Made by a program: the position numbers and the translations under genes. The notes beneath the pieces were generated by a model. That model was not told the DNA's origin, did no database searches, and worked only from the letters and a program-made list of their open reading frames with translations. A stretch of 52,547 nucleotides of DNA, counting the filler, from Bipalium vagum (lineage: Eukaryota), in assembly GCA_037834085.1 (NCBI GenBank). It is 3 parts of 3 records of this genome, joined end to end, with 100 filler letters (N's around TTAATTAATTAA, not from the genome) between each part and the next. Parts side by side here need not be neighbours in the genome. Positions count along the whole stretch, not along the records: positions 35,187 to 52,547 come from JBBMKC010063816.1; 2 more parts are not named here. One strand, written 5' to 3'. This document shows, in pieces, positions 39,200 through 52,547 of this stretch (within the stretch, counting starts at the first letter, position 1; every line of letters starts with the position of its first letter).

Positions 39200-42100
39200 G
39201 TGAAATAAAATTTCGATAGAAGTTCGTATATCTTTAAAATTAACATTAATTTCTGATCTCTTTTTGCTTTAAGCAATTCTGTTGCTGTCTTGAATCTTTT
39301 TCCTGATGGAATTAAATCTTTAAATAAAACGTCTAATGCACATTTTCACTCCTCTTCTCTCGAAGTTTCCACTCTTACCATTGCAGGCTAAGTAAAAATT
39401 ACTTCTGCATATCAATTGCTCCCATATCCTCAGATATTATTGTCTCCACCATTAAAAGATCCACTGGTAATCCAATATTCAATGTAACACAAGGCCCCGA
39501 TCACATCCCTTCTGACCGAGGCTGATACTCTCTTTCATAATCTTCCTCATAATTGTCTTCAATATTTACCTTATTCTGGTCTGTGTCATGAATACGCATA
39601 TAAACACGATGGAAAGTGCAAATCCCAATCCGTTTGTTGTTTATTGGTGTACGATGACAGCATATTGAGTAGAGTCCCGCTGAATCTTTCGACTAACCCG
39701 TCTGTTTGCGGTCCATACGGTGACGTATTGAGCTTCAAAATTTCAAATAACACGCATATCTCATTTATCAATTACCTCATAAAGTTAATTCCCTTATCTG
39801 CCAATAGTTTCCTTTGTGCGCCATACCTAAAAATGATTTCCTCAACAAAGATTTTGGCTATGGTCTCTGTTTTTTGATCCTTCATTGGATAAGCTCTGGT
39901 CACTTAGTAAAGTAATCACATGAAACAACCTTAATCTCTAAATCTCTCTAAAACCGTTGGAGTAACTGTTAATTCTGTCACTTGATTCAAGAGATCAATG
40001 ATTTTGTCTTTGTCTCGTAGTGCTCTAGTGATTTTTTTTCCAAAGCTTCAGGAATTCGTCCTGGATCTTCTTGGTCTATATCCACCAATACCACAATAAC
40101 ATTGCCGTTTGTATCCACTTTTTCTTCCAAAGAATCATTCCTTGATAATACTCTGATTTCATTGTCCTGCGATCTGATCATGATTAGTGTTTCGTAACCA
40201 GTTACTCTAGCCAATTATCTTCTGAGTTTATCATTTTCTATTCTCAACCTTACCCTTTCATCTTCATCCTTTATATCTCATAAAGCATTATCTTTTGTAT
40301 TTCCAAATGCCAATCTTTTTACAATTGTTTGCATTTTAAAAATTGAGCTTTTCCATTGATATTTACATTGTCCCTCTGAGGTGGAATTTTCGTCCAATAT
40401 ATCTCTTCGAAGTTGTCTTTCTTATTACAGTGTCTAAAGACCCTTATTTTGCATACTCGGACAAAATGTTCAACCTCGTGTCAATTTCTACAAACTACAT
40501 CTGACAATATCTTTTGATCTCTATCTCGGACCAAACTGGAATCTCTCTTCGGTGCTTTACATTGCCTTGCCAAATGTCCCGTTCTTTGACAATTATAACA
40601 CTTCTTTGGTACCTGTTCTCGATTATCACTGTTATTTTCCGTGTTTCTTGTCCTGCTATTCTCTCTACGATTAGCTCCAAGTTCACAAATAATCGGCGGG
40701 TTTCCTTTAATATTCATCTCTGGTGGTTTCGCTTTTTGTAACAATTTATTCATATCTCCATTCTCAGCAGATACAATAATCCTATGAAAAATTGATCCTC
40801 CACAATTTTCTATATTGTTTCTCTCCATTGATCCTTTTGTCCAAAAGCTCTCTGGACTAACAATTCAATTTGATAAGCATATTCTCCCACCGTCCCACAT
40901 GTCTTCTGTTTTCTCTGTTGAAACATTTGCCTGTACACCCTGCTGATTTCTCCCGGTATCAACTTCTTTGTCAAATCGGTAACCACTTCGGCCTAACCAT
41001 AATTATTTACATTTATATCATAATTGGCTTTCTGTACCATCCCACTCAAATGAATCGCTAATCTCCTCACCATCCGACCCTTATCATATCCCAATGCTTC
41101 GGACTTGTCTGTATTCGGCCGTAAAATCCGCGAACTCCGTTGGCTCTCCACTAAGCACTCTAACAGACAATTTCACTATATCATAATCCATAACTTATAA
41201 TCTTTTCACTTCCTTTACAATATTTTATAAGGATACTCATTGACTAATTTCACTAGAATCTGAATTTCTTTCGAATTTCCTACTTCTAATTGACTACTCA
41301 CTGATTTCACTGAACCTCTGATTACTTTCTTTTGGAAATCACTTGCTGCTCCCTTCTGTTGACCTGAATTAGATTTTCTTCTTCTGTCAGAATAAAACTT
41401 GAAACATCGCCGGGCTTTACAAGAAGTTCTCAAAAACCAAGTCAAATTCAAAAAAAATAAAATAAACAATTTTATGCCACACAAAACTTACAAAAATCAA
41501 AAATTACTCAAGTTTTATCAATATCAATAATCAAAATCACAACACTCTAAATTTAAATTCCCTCACAAATCAATAATTCCTTAGTACACAATTTTGTGTT
41601 CGTTCACTATTATCGCTACACAAATTTGCCTTTATTAAATGAAAACTCTCACAATAATACTGTATTCGCACCCTAAAATTGAATCAAAACGAATCAAAAC
41701 AACAGCCTGACATATTTGTCGTAACAGGAAATTCGTCTCAATGCCTGATGATCACACAAAACAAAAACAAAATAATCCAAATGTCGAATAACAAAAATTA
41801 AACTAAGTTTCAATCAACTTGCTAAAAGATAATCAAAATCAAACACAAAAATAAATAATAATGACATGATTATATAATTTTAAGATAAATGTCAGATGGT
41901 CACATAAAAAAGTGAAGTTAAAAGGAAACAAAATATAACGATATCATCGAGAGCCACAAGGGATCCCCGGGTCGTCCTCTAGGTCCTTTGCAGATCACCT
42001 AAGGATTCCCAAACTCGAATGGCCCCTTGGTAAATCCTATTGCATTGTCATTAGCATAACCACGGAAAGAATGATAATTACTGAAAGCGAATTATCCTCG

Positions 42101-42210
42101 TTAAGATAAGATTAGCTTAGACAAAGTTAGACAAAAGAAACAAAATAATTACTTCGACGGAGTTCATTATTATATTTATTTTAAATTCTTACATCAAAAT
42201 CGCGACGCCA
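39200..42210 (-). mobile_element. Internally deleted Ty3/Gypsy LTR retrotransposon (leader, gag, integrase)
   Basis: gag remnant from ~41200 (LSGEPTEFADF) with CCHC knuckle CYNCQRTGHLARQC. Integrase fragments: DYFTK, EIIFRYG, TSPYGPQTDGLVERF, DWDLHFPSCLYAY. No RT or RNase H motifs were seen between them. PBS-like TGGCGTCGCG at 42210-42201. Confidence 0.88.
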
Positions 42211-43092
42211 AGATTTTAATGTATCACTTTAGAAATTTCGAAAGCCATTGTTGCCTTTCTTTTCCTTTTATAATAAAATCCAATTGAAAAGTTCAATCAA
42301 TGCCACTATTATTTTTATTATTAGTAGTAGTAGTAGGGAAAATCGTCTTAGACATCATATGATTTTATTTTACCTGTTAAACAATCTCAAAGTTGCAATT
42401 ACAAGCTAATGGTATATGCCTGTTTATGTCGCTTCTGCTACCACTCAAGAACAATATGGAGCGAAAAATGTTCTTTCTTAACACTTTCTTTATCTAGAAA
42501 CCATTTCCGATTAATCTTCATTACTATTCAGTTTTTTAATATGAAAAGTAAATATTTTAACATTTAGACCTTAAACTGATTACATCGAGGTCACCATTTA
42601 TATAGTCAGGACCCCAATGATCCTCCTAATAAATTTTGCCGATAAACTCAGTGACTCCAATTTGGCTTCATTGGCTTCATTGTCACTTTGAAATACATGT
42701 TCAGGACCAAGCCATCTTAGGACAATCACTCATAACCAGAGTGAGTTAAAACAAGAAAAATGTATAACAAGAAAAATGTAAGTCTTAATTTACTGTTATC
42801 AATTTTAATTATTTCAGTTTATTTAATTTAATTAAATTTTAAATTGATATATACTACAGAAATTAGTTCAAAATAAATTTAGATAAGATCTCAAATATAA
42901 ATTTGAAAGTTTTTGAATTAAAAAATTTTTAAAAAATTTAAATTAATCATTTATTGAAATGAATTTATTAACCTTTAGAATAATTTTCCTTCACATTTTT
43001 GGTTTATGTTATAAAATGATAATCTTCATTTTGAAAATGATAGTTAATATTTGTTTTATCGGATTTTATTAAGAACATTTTTAATTTTTATA

Positions 43093-46000
43093 ATGCCTGT
43101 AAAAATATTTGTGCCGAAGATATCTTCTAACGAGGTTGAATTATTTTCATTTTAATTTAATCACCTTTTTAATATTAAACAATTCAGAACGATTTTATCT
43201 CTTATATAAAAAAAATATGCAATCCTTCAAATTTGCGTATATCAAAAAATCAAGATGGTTCTTCTTTTTGGTAACGATTTTCGTATAATTTTTTATTAAA
43301 TTATGATTTAGTGTTATAATGCTTAACTATGATGAAAACATTAAATGTGCTAATGATATTATCAAAGAAATCAGTGGAAAAGTTATTGGTGATGTTGTCC
43401 TGAAACCTAGAATTTATGTTGATCAAGGCTTAGTCACAAAATTTAGGTATAATTATTTGAAAAAATAACAAATTAAAATTTTATATTTAGTAATGGTAAT
43501 TATAATAATAAAGGTAAAGTTTGTAAATTGTTATGATTGTTAATGTCAGATCATCATTATCTTAAAGAAATACCAGATGACGTTGTCAACACTACACATT
43601 TCCAAGATGGATTTTACTATATTCAATTATTAAGTGAAAAAGACAGTAATGTGGTATTAACATCCCTGTTACGGAGCTTATTCGAAGATTACAAATCTGG
43701 TACAATTTTACCATTAAGTCTCGATGAAATCGTTATCGGAAAATTGTACGCTACTTTTTACAATGATGATCAACAATTTTATAGAATTAAAGTTATTGAA
43801 AAAGCTAAAGATGTAAGAGTCGTTAATTTACATATAAAATTGATTTTCATTGAAAATATTGATTTATATTTCAAGTCACCCATAATTTAAATATTCATGT
43901 ATTTTTAATTGAGTACTTCGATGAGAAACTTTTTTTTACAATTTTACAAAGATTCGAATTTTAAAACTCAAATTATTAACTATTTATTTTTATATATTTA
44001 ATGAGAATCAATTTTATGGAGAACATCACGTAACAATGTAACAAAAATTTAATAATCACTTAAGATCAAAGTAATATTTATCGATTATGGCAACGATGAA
44101 TGGGTGCCCAGTGAGAACATAGTCAGTTTGACAGAAAAGCTTGAGCAAATAGCACCAATGGTACACAAATGTGTGGTCAGTGGAGTGAAAATTCTCGATC
44201 ATGTTCGACACGAACTTGTGGCTCGAGAAATTCTCCATCGTAATTATCGAGCAAAATTGACGAAGAAGCGTGACAGTCAGTTGAACATGGATAGAGTTGT
44301 CACTGTGGATTACCTGGATTTTACTTCTATCACATATCGGAACTATTTGATTGTGGAAGGTATAGCAGATGAGTGTAAATCGAATGGGTACTTTTAAGAT
44401 AAAAAAATTAACGTAACTTTTGATCGATAATTTTATTAATTTCAGAATAATTACTGAAAAGTCTAACGGATTTAAGGAAGAAGATACATCTGTTATTTTG
44501 ACTCATTTTGAATCTTTGGACGAATTTTACGTTCAGCCAGTTACTAAAGAGACTGACGACATCATGGTATTATTGAATACGTCGATTAAAGAACTCGTTT
44601 CAAATTTGGAAAATAGCAGGTCCGAATATCTATTATTTGTTGTAATGTTATAACTGAATTAATTTAGAAAATTTATTAATTGATATTGATTAATTATTAT
44701 TAAATTTATTTATAAATTACAAAATTCTTTTTCTATATAGAACTGTTAAGTCATATTTTGCATCATTTATTGTGGATTTATGTTAAATTTACTTTTCATT
44801 ATTTGCTATTTTTCAAAAATCTATAAATAGACTTGTTGGTTATGTTATGAGCATGAACAATAATGAAATAGTTAAAAAAACAATAATTTAAAATTAATCA
44901 ACTAATTATCTTTCGCCCAAGACAGTCTTATATCTATATTCGTCTATAATTGTGAAATTTTTGATATTATATTGGGTATTAATAATTTTTAGTTCAAAAT
45001 ATACTTACAAAATTAACTTATAATATTTTAAAATTTAGTCTATTAGTTATTTTTTTATTTGTCATTGGTGTTTACTGAAATACTAGAAAAATTAAAAATC
45101 TGTTTATTTGACTTTGAAATTTTCAATCAATTAGTGATAATTTTTTCTATGAAAGAAAATAATTTTTGAGTTTTCTATTTTCGGTCCAACTTGAATGTTT
45201 TAAGTTACTATAGAGGTAGTGGGTCAAGTTAATCTAAGATTTGTAGTATAGTAAAGGTTTCTGTATGGATTTATAATGTAATCAATATTAGTTAAGATAT
45301 TAGATAGTTTGACAGATTATTTCTCGAGACACGATATTCCCTTTATTAATTACACAATCAGTATTTTGGATGTTATGTAAGAATTTCGTTTTAGTGAGTA
45401 TTTTTCATTCGCGTTGGTAATTCTATAGTTCTTTTAAGTATAATTTTTACATTTTACAGTCTAAATTCTTGCTATCATAATATTTGAATGGGTTTATTTC
45501 ATTGATATATCCATATGTTAATTTTCTTTTAAGATGGAATATATTGATGGTTTCTTAATGGTTCTCTTAAAATAGGTCTGAAAATCTATTGATTTATTTA
45601 AAATTAATTTTCTTGAAAACTAAATTCACTTAATTTATTGATCATTCTAGTGATACCCTTCAATATATTGGACCGGATCATATGTACTTAAGTCAATTTA
45701 GCCAAGATTTAAATTGGTACAGGTGTCGAGTAATTGAAGATAAATTTGATGAGCAGGATTCTTACTGCGTTGTACTTTTTATCGATTTTGGAAACAGTGA
45801 GAAAAAGTACAGTACATTCGACTTGAAACCATTAGTGAGAATTTGGAATTGTGTTTTTGGATAAAGTATATCATTGATTCAGATTGAAGAGTTCGGTCCA
45901 CAAGCTGTTGAAATATCGAAAGTTCCACCATGTGCTAACAAGTGCAAATTCAATGATGATCTTATTTACGCTTTGAGCAAAGCTAAAATGGAAAAAGATT

Positions 46001-49000
46001 ACTTCCAACAAAACTTTGTTATCTGTGAAAAAACAGTTGTTTTTCAGTACTTTTTCGATCGATCTAATAAAGTATTTCATATATATTAATAATTGAAATA
46101 TTTGAGTTTTTTGCACTATCAGGTTTGGATCGTGGAAAACATCAAAATGGATAATGAAGAAATAATGTCGATTGTGTTGCAGCAATGTGAAAATACGAAA
46201 AAAACCGATATTTATCGATTGAGTAATTTAGAAAATTTGAACAAGATGTGGTTTCAATTGGTCAAGTCAATTGATCCCACAGTTCAAGACCAAATAACAG
46301 TTCTTGAAAAGTGGGGAAGGGAGCAAAACACAAGGGACTTGGAGTGAGAATTTTATTGTTATTATTATTGATTAATAGAATAATTATTGGCTTATTAAAT
46401 TATCAATTCTAATCAATTAGAGCTGTAAAGCAATTTATACCTAATCATGTCTATTGCGGGCGGCTCAAGTCTGGTATTCTGGTCAGATGTCGCTTGATGG
46501 GTAAAAATATACACATTGGCATGATCCAGGTCATAGACACAGGGGTTTATCACACGGTTTCTCTAGAATCGATTTTCTATTTACCCGAATCATTAAGCTG
46601 CATCAAACCAATGGCCAAATCGTTAAAATTGGTATTTAATAGCATTTGTGCTGAGGAAGTGAGAATTGATTTTTGTTGATGTTGAAATGATATTTGTGCT
46701 TTAGTATCAGATCGAAGACAAAATCATACAGATAATCGGAAATTCCAACGTTGAATTGGATATGATCGATGAATCTAGTATTCGTGATGTGATTATCAAA
46801 GAAAAAAGTCTTGTCCAATGTTTGGCACAATTGGATTTCGTGCAACCTAAAGTCGGAGTTAAAGTTCAGAAATATTTGGAAATGAAAAATGATTACCAGG
46901 ATTTACCTGATTGTCTGTTGCCCAAAGTTGGAGAAACGGAATCTGTTGAAGTCGATTTCTCGGTGACAAGTGTTGAAAAAATGAATGAAGTACTTTTTAA
47001 TTCGATATTGAAATATTTTGAAGACAATACAGTTTATGTTGTATTGTGTTTTGTGTCTATAGATTTTTAAGATATTTAACAATTATCGCTTTTTTCCAGG
47101 TTCCATTGGAGATATCTATTCTTAATTCCAAGGTTCGATTTTTGAGGAAATTATTCAGTATTCAAAGTGACAATATTTTTAATACGTGGTTCAAAGTCGT
47201 GGAAAGCTGTGATCGCGTTGTAACCTTAATTGATTGTTGCAAAGAGGTCGATGAGTTGACTGAATCGATTGAAACGTTGAACAAAAAGTTTACCTCTATG
47301 TCTTGTAATATCAAAACCAAATTGCGAAATTTGGAACCGTTAATTGAGGAACGAACGAAGTTTTGTGAAAAGGTTTGTGAACTCCATTCGCGACTTGGTG
47401 TTTTGTTGCAAGATATCTCGTACGAAAAAGTCAAATATCTCCATGATGACATTGAAAAAATGCTTCAGACTATTGGGAATTTCACTGAAATATTATCCAT
47501 ATCAATGGATAGGAATTCCGATGGAGAAGAAATCGATATAGAGGATGTTCAAGCACAAATCACCGAGTTTCGCAACTCTGACACGTACGCAGAAGTCAGA
47601 GATCAATTGGATATGCAGAGTAAGACGACCAACGAGCTTATCGTTAAATATCGAGACATGATGGACGCGATGTATCGTGATTATGAGCTCGGGGACGTGT
47701 TACCGAATTCGACTTCTTCTGCAGTGCCTCTCATTGATCGTACATACGAAATTCACATTGCTCTAAAATCTGAATTTTCCAGTTTCCTCAAAGTGCTCAG
47801 TCAAGAGGATGTTGTCAACCATTTCAACATGACAACTATCATTCACAGTTACGAAAGTTATTTACAAAAACAGAAGATCGAGTTGGAAATGGTCATTGCA
47901 CGCACATCTCAGTTGGAGTCATTGCACGATTATGCAAACTTAATCTTAACTGATGATTCTTTAAGTTATCAGAAAATCGAAAGTAATCACAAAAAAATCA
48001 TATCGTATCGATCATCATTGAAACACCGGATTGCTGACATGGAGGATGCTGAAGAGCAAGATGAACCCGAAAAGGTTGAAGAGATTTTAAAGAAAATCGA
48101 TAATATTCGGAAAACTTTGCACGAGTCACTTAAAGAATCAATGAATATAATAGGTATTGATTGTTTTCGTTATATATTTTTATATTATTGATTTTATTAA
48201 ATATGAACTGAAATTTTTATAAATATTGATTTTAAGTTTTTTAAGTAAAAATAATAAATACATTTTTTTATCAAAAATTAAGTCAGCTTTTATTTTAATT
48301 TTCGATAAAATATATTCCGTGATTAATATTTATTTATTTTTCAAGAACTATTTAATATTTAATTATAGAAATTGATCGAATTTCAGTCACATTAAAATTG
48401 TATATTAAAAATTTATTTGCATATTGAATTTTTTAAAATATTAATTGATAATTATTTAAATATGACAATAAATAATAAATTTTAAATATAACAATTTTAA
48501 TTGATTTTATTGAAAAAATTTATTATGGAAAATTAGAGGTTTTCTTAAAAAATATAATATTTTTAAATTTTTCAAATATTTAGTTAATAAAAATTTTATT
48601 AATTCTTTTTTTTAATCACACATTATTCAATGTTCCAACTTCACAGATCCCGATATTCGCAAGCTTATGTTGAGAAAACCAGAATTTCAATTGAAAAACC
48701 AATCGATTTTCTTTTGTGAAGAAGGCATTCCAGTTTTTTTGTGGGACTCAATTTTCTTTGAACTTCCTCATAGCGATTCTTCATTCGTTGATTCGTTTAC
48801 CACACGATTTGGAGACGAGGTTTTAAACATGAAAAAGTTGCCATTGACCACGGAAAACTATCGGACGATTCTGCTCAATTTAACAACATATTCTTCTCGT
48901 ACAAGCACCACTCTTACAAATAATGATTCGATGATAATCGGCCTACTACCAGTTTTATGTGCTTTTTTGTCAAAATCTGAAAATAGTACTGTGTACATGC

Positions 49001-49865
49001 TGATGCCAAGTTTTACTGGTGTTCATTCTTTGCCAGTAAATTTCCGCAAAAGTTTATCTTCCATCATCAGCTTTTTCAAATCGACCATCACTCAGATTTT
49101 GAATCTCTGGCATTCAGGATTCACATTTAGCGAGTCAGATCTCGAGAACGGGCTTTATGTAACTCTGGGTGATGATAAAAATGATGTCTGCTTGCCTCTT
49201 CCCCTAGATTCGATATGCAATCGGGAAAACATCAATCATCAATGTGAATCGATAAAAGTCTACTTTTCCAAACTGGGTGACTTGTTTCTCGATGTAATCA
49301 ATTTAACTTTTATAGATTGTCATGATAATATACTTTTCGATTTGTTATTTATTTAGTCACTCAATTGTTGCACGGAATCAACTATTGAGGTAAATCATAA
49401 TGATGTACAAGTGCTGGTAAACGATATCAAAAACTGCAAAGGGGTCGAGGAGGCCGAGAAGATTTTCGAAGATTTGGATCAATTTCTTTTCAAAAATCCA
49501 ATTATTGAAAGTAATTCGCACATGATTTATTTTTATTTCCATATCTATTTAACTATAAATTTTAAGCATATGTTGATTCGTCAAATGAAATCTGCGCTGA
49601 AAATGAAGTAGAGGGTTTTGATTCTTCTTCCAGTGAGAAGATCGATGGCGATGATGAAGCGTGCTCTTTTGAATCGTCAAATGAAAACATCAATGGAGTC
49701 GACCAAGAGTACAGAGAGAAGACTTTGGTGTCCGTCGAAAATTCCATCGAAGTGGATGAACCATCGTTGTCCAATCATGTCGAATTAAATCGGTCTCAAG
49801 GTGAAGACGAAAACGATGTTCTTGTAACGGAACAAGTTCTTGAAATGTATGCTAATGTTGAATAA
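43093..49865 (+). CDS. STK31/TDRD8-like protein: RRM-like N-terminus, 3 Tudor domains, coiled coil, degenerate kinase domain, acidic tail; exons 43093-43134, 43188-43270, 43312-43446, 43491-43513, 43550-43812, 44065-44387, 44446-44619, 45651-45834, 45883-46071, 46123-46343, 46421-46658, 46705-47031, 47100-48153, 48647-49293, 49357-49510, 49567-49865
   Basis: The phase-consistent spliced ORF is 4356 nt. Tudor motifs: DQQFYRIKV..VIFIDYGN, DLNWYRCRV..VLFIDFGN, LVRCRL..VIDTG. SLKHRIADMEDAEEQDEPEKVEEILKKIDNIRKTL and GLLPVLCAFLSKSENSTVYMLMP resemble the STK31 pre-kinase and kinase segments as recalled. The 5' exons are least certain. Confidence 0.85.
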
Positions 49866-51178
49866 AATGTTCGTCGAAATTGAAATGGATTTTGATGATA
49901 TAAATATATTGCATTTTTGTTGATGTTTTAGTATGAATAAATATTAAATTTCATTTGTTTTCTCTTAATTTTCAAAAATCCAAAAGAATAGTAGCAATTA
50001 ATTATCATTTGATTTTCTATTTGAGAAAACCAACCATCAATAGAAATTAAGTGTTTATAAATAATAAAAGAGATAATAGATAATAAAATAGAATTTGTAA
50101 TATTGAAGTTTAATTTCTTATGGGTAATTCAAATAGTGATTTATAATGAAAAATCGAGTAGAAAAGAGTAAATGTAGTAGGTTATATTTATGATATTTTT
50201 GCTTTATATTGATTTAATTTTTAAAGATAATTAACACAAGTTTAATTTTTTAAAAATTAAGATATCGATATAGTATGTAATATTTATTTTTCAGAAAATA
50301 AATTTATGAATATAAAAGATTATTACAATTGGAATTAGGTATTTACTTGTAAGAAAGGTGACTGGTAAATTTTCACCAAGACTTAAAAATTTTTTTGAGC
50401 TTTATTACTATGTTTTGGATTGTTGACTAATTTCGTTCTCAAAACCTCACAAATGTGTAATCAGAGGAATATAATTAAATTAAATTTCTAAAAATTTTTC
50501 CTATTAAACTAAAATTTTAATGTCATGGATGTCTAACTTATAATTAAAAAAAAGTCAAAACTTTTCTAAATAGTAAACTAGTAATCTCTAAATAACTCTA
50601 GGAAGCGGACATCAGATGTTGGTAAGTAAGTCAAGCAAGAAAACTTAGAAAAGCAAAATTATCTTTAAAATAATGAAGATTTATTTAAATTTGTTAAATA
50701 ATTTTCAATTACTTTGATTTTAAGTATTATTGGACTTTCGTATAGCTAATATTAGACAACAAAAAATAATTTTAATATTTAGATAAGATACAATTATTAA
50801 TGAAATTATTTGTCATATATTCTGTTGATAATTCCATAGTTATATTTTCAAGAAATTTAAGTAAAATTAAAATACTGAAAAATATTGTGAAAGGTTTTAG
50901 AAAATTATAAGTTTGATTATATTTTGAGAATTATTATTGTGAACGTAAATAAAAATTAATCATATTCTACAAAATATTCTGAAAAAATATTTATTTTAAA
51001 TTGGTCAAATAAATTTCTTGAACTTAGTTTTAAAAATTGGAAAATTACTAATAAGTTATATATTAAAATTACATAATTATTTTGAAACAAAATAAGTGAA
51101 ATATTTTTAAGTTCAAAGCTTGTGTTTAAATAATAATTCGCTTAAGTTTTATTTTCGAATAATATATTATGATATAAA

Positions 51179-51607
51179 ATGAAGGCATTTAATTGCTATA
51201 AAAATATTTTTGTCAATAAAGTAAAGTCTGTCATTAACATAGATGTCCGGCATCGGTATGCTCTTGATCCTGGAAGTCTTAGACAAAGATTATTTAAGGC
51301 TATTACACAGCCAATTTTACGTGAACCTCCTAAGGAAGAAATTATAAAAGACAAAAATGAATCCCCTCCAAAAGTCAGTATTTGTTTTGTATTAAAATTT
51401 GATGTTATGTATCTGATAGAAAAAATTAAACAATTATGGAGAATTTTTAGTATCAAAATGTAAAAGGGAAATAATTGATTCCGCGAAGGGGAAAATGATA
51501 CTGATTTTTCAAATGAATCATCACAAAAAATATCATTTATTTGAATTGGAAAGTGCATTATTTGATCTTGGCTTGAAATATTTCTATTACCCTTCTTCAA
51601 TTATGAA
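51179..51607 (+). CDS. MRPL10: Probable mitochondrial ribosomal protein uL10m, exons 51179-51373 and 51420-51607; 3' end uncertain
   Basis: Presequence-like N-terminus, then RQRLFKAITQPI..PP and YGEFLVSKCKREIIDSAKGKMILIFQ..FELESALFDLGLKYFYYPSSIMK. These parallel the MRPL10 segments RQKLMAVTEYIPP and [27 protein letters not shown] as recalled. The intron is a 46-bp phase-0 GT-AG intron. Confidence 0.65.
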
Positions 51608-52547
51608 GTAACTTTACATTTCTCATTTAATTTTATTTGCCTTTCAAATTGATTTAAAACTTATTTAAATTACTAAATTTCTAATTAACTTTAGAAAGGA
51701 TAAAACTATTTTGGAACTCCAAAAGAAATAATTAATAAATAATAATTGAAATCCATTCTAAAGTATTGAAAGAGGGGAAAGTTTATTCGTGTTTTATAAA
51801 AATATTGAAATTGATTATTATATTTTAAATGACTGTTAATGTAAAATAAACATCTGTTAAAATATAAAATTTGATTTTTTATTTATGTTGTGAACTAAGT
51901 ACAGTGCTCACTCTGATTTTTACCATAAATAAGAGCATGCGAAAAATGACAATAATTAGAGGTCTCATAGTCATAATTATTAGATAATTTTTTCCTAAGT
52001 CACTGATTTAGATTCTTGAAGCACCATTTCAGATTGAATTTCAGTTTAAGTAACTATATAGGATCTAAAAATCGATCTTTAATGGTCAAGTCCAAATGCA
52101 ACATCTCATCTTGACTAATTTTATCTATTAGACCTATCTCGTTTGTTAATTTTTCATAATTTGCAAGTTTAATGGGTTTTATGGTGAGCTTATTTAAAGA
52201 TTCTTCTTCGGTGAGCCCTTTGTGGCGCAAGAAATTTCTAATAATACTGGACCATACACATCTTTGAAGTCTGCAAAAATTGAAAAAGTTTGACTGGAAA
52301 GTGATGATACATGCATAATTTATTTTTATCTCCTGAACTCTTTCAGAATAAAACACAATTCAGCTTTATGAAATAATGTGACGAATAATTGGTGAACTTT
52401 GCCAAAATCCAGGAAAATTTTCAGTATTGAACTTGTGAGTATTTGAACATGTTTTTGAATTTTTAAATTTTAGTGTCCTTTTTAAAATCCGATATGAATA
52501 TTCATTAATTTAATGTATTAGTTAATTTTAAAATATTAATTTAATTT

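Noticed and set aside
51196-51600. 134-aa minus-strand ORF
   Set aside because: Antisense to the better-supported spliced MRPL10-like exons.
52054-52356. 100-aa minus-strand ORF at the window end
   Set aside because: No recognisable family or clear gene structure; left unassigned.

Overview
AT-rich eukaryotic (most likely metazoan) genomic DNA with very short GT-AG introns (mostly 36-77 bp) and two 100-bp assembly gaps. Four host genes, all on the + strand, can be reconstructed: PA2G4/EBP1 (6616-8005, 6 exons, ~371 aa), an SS18/SSXT-domain QPGY-rich coactivator (36030-37795, 3 exons, ~418 aa), a large STK31/TDRD8-like protein with an RRM-like N-terminus, three Tudor domains, a coiled coil and a degenerate kinase domain (43093-49865, 16 exons, ~1451 aa), and the 5' part of a probable MRPL10 (from 51179). 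Most intergenic DNA is decayed transposons: Tc1, several mariner lineages, maT-like, pogo/Tigger, a MITE nested in a mariner, and Ty3/Gypsy RT, gag and integrase remnants. The main unexplained signal is a family of LTR-like modules (about 0.5-2.5, 11, 21.3, 25.2-25.9 and 41.9-42.7 kb). They share a GC-rich ~90-120 nt stem whose sequence has diverged while pairing is kept. Three copies end at a GG(T/C)GAG donor-like motif, and two follow an identical TATAAAAGGAGA box with hairpins. All assignments were made by eye; no searches or folding programs were run.
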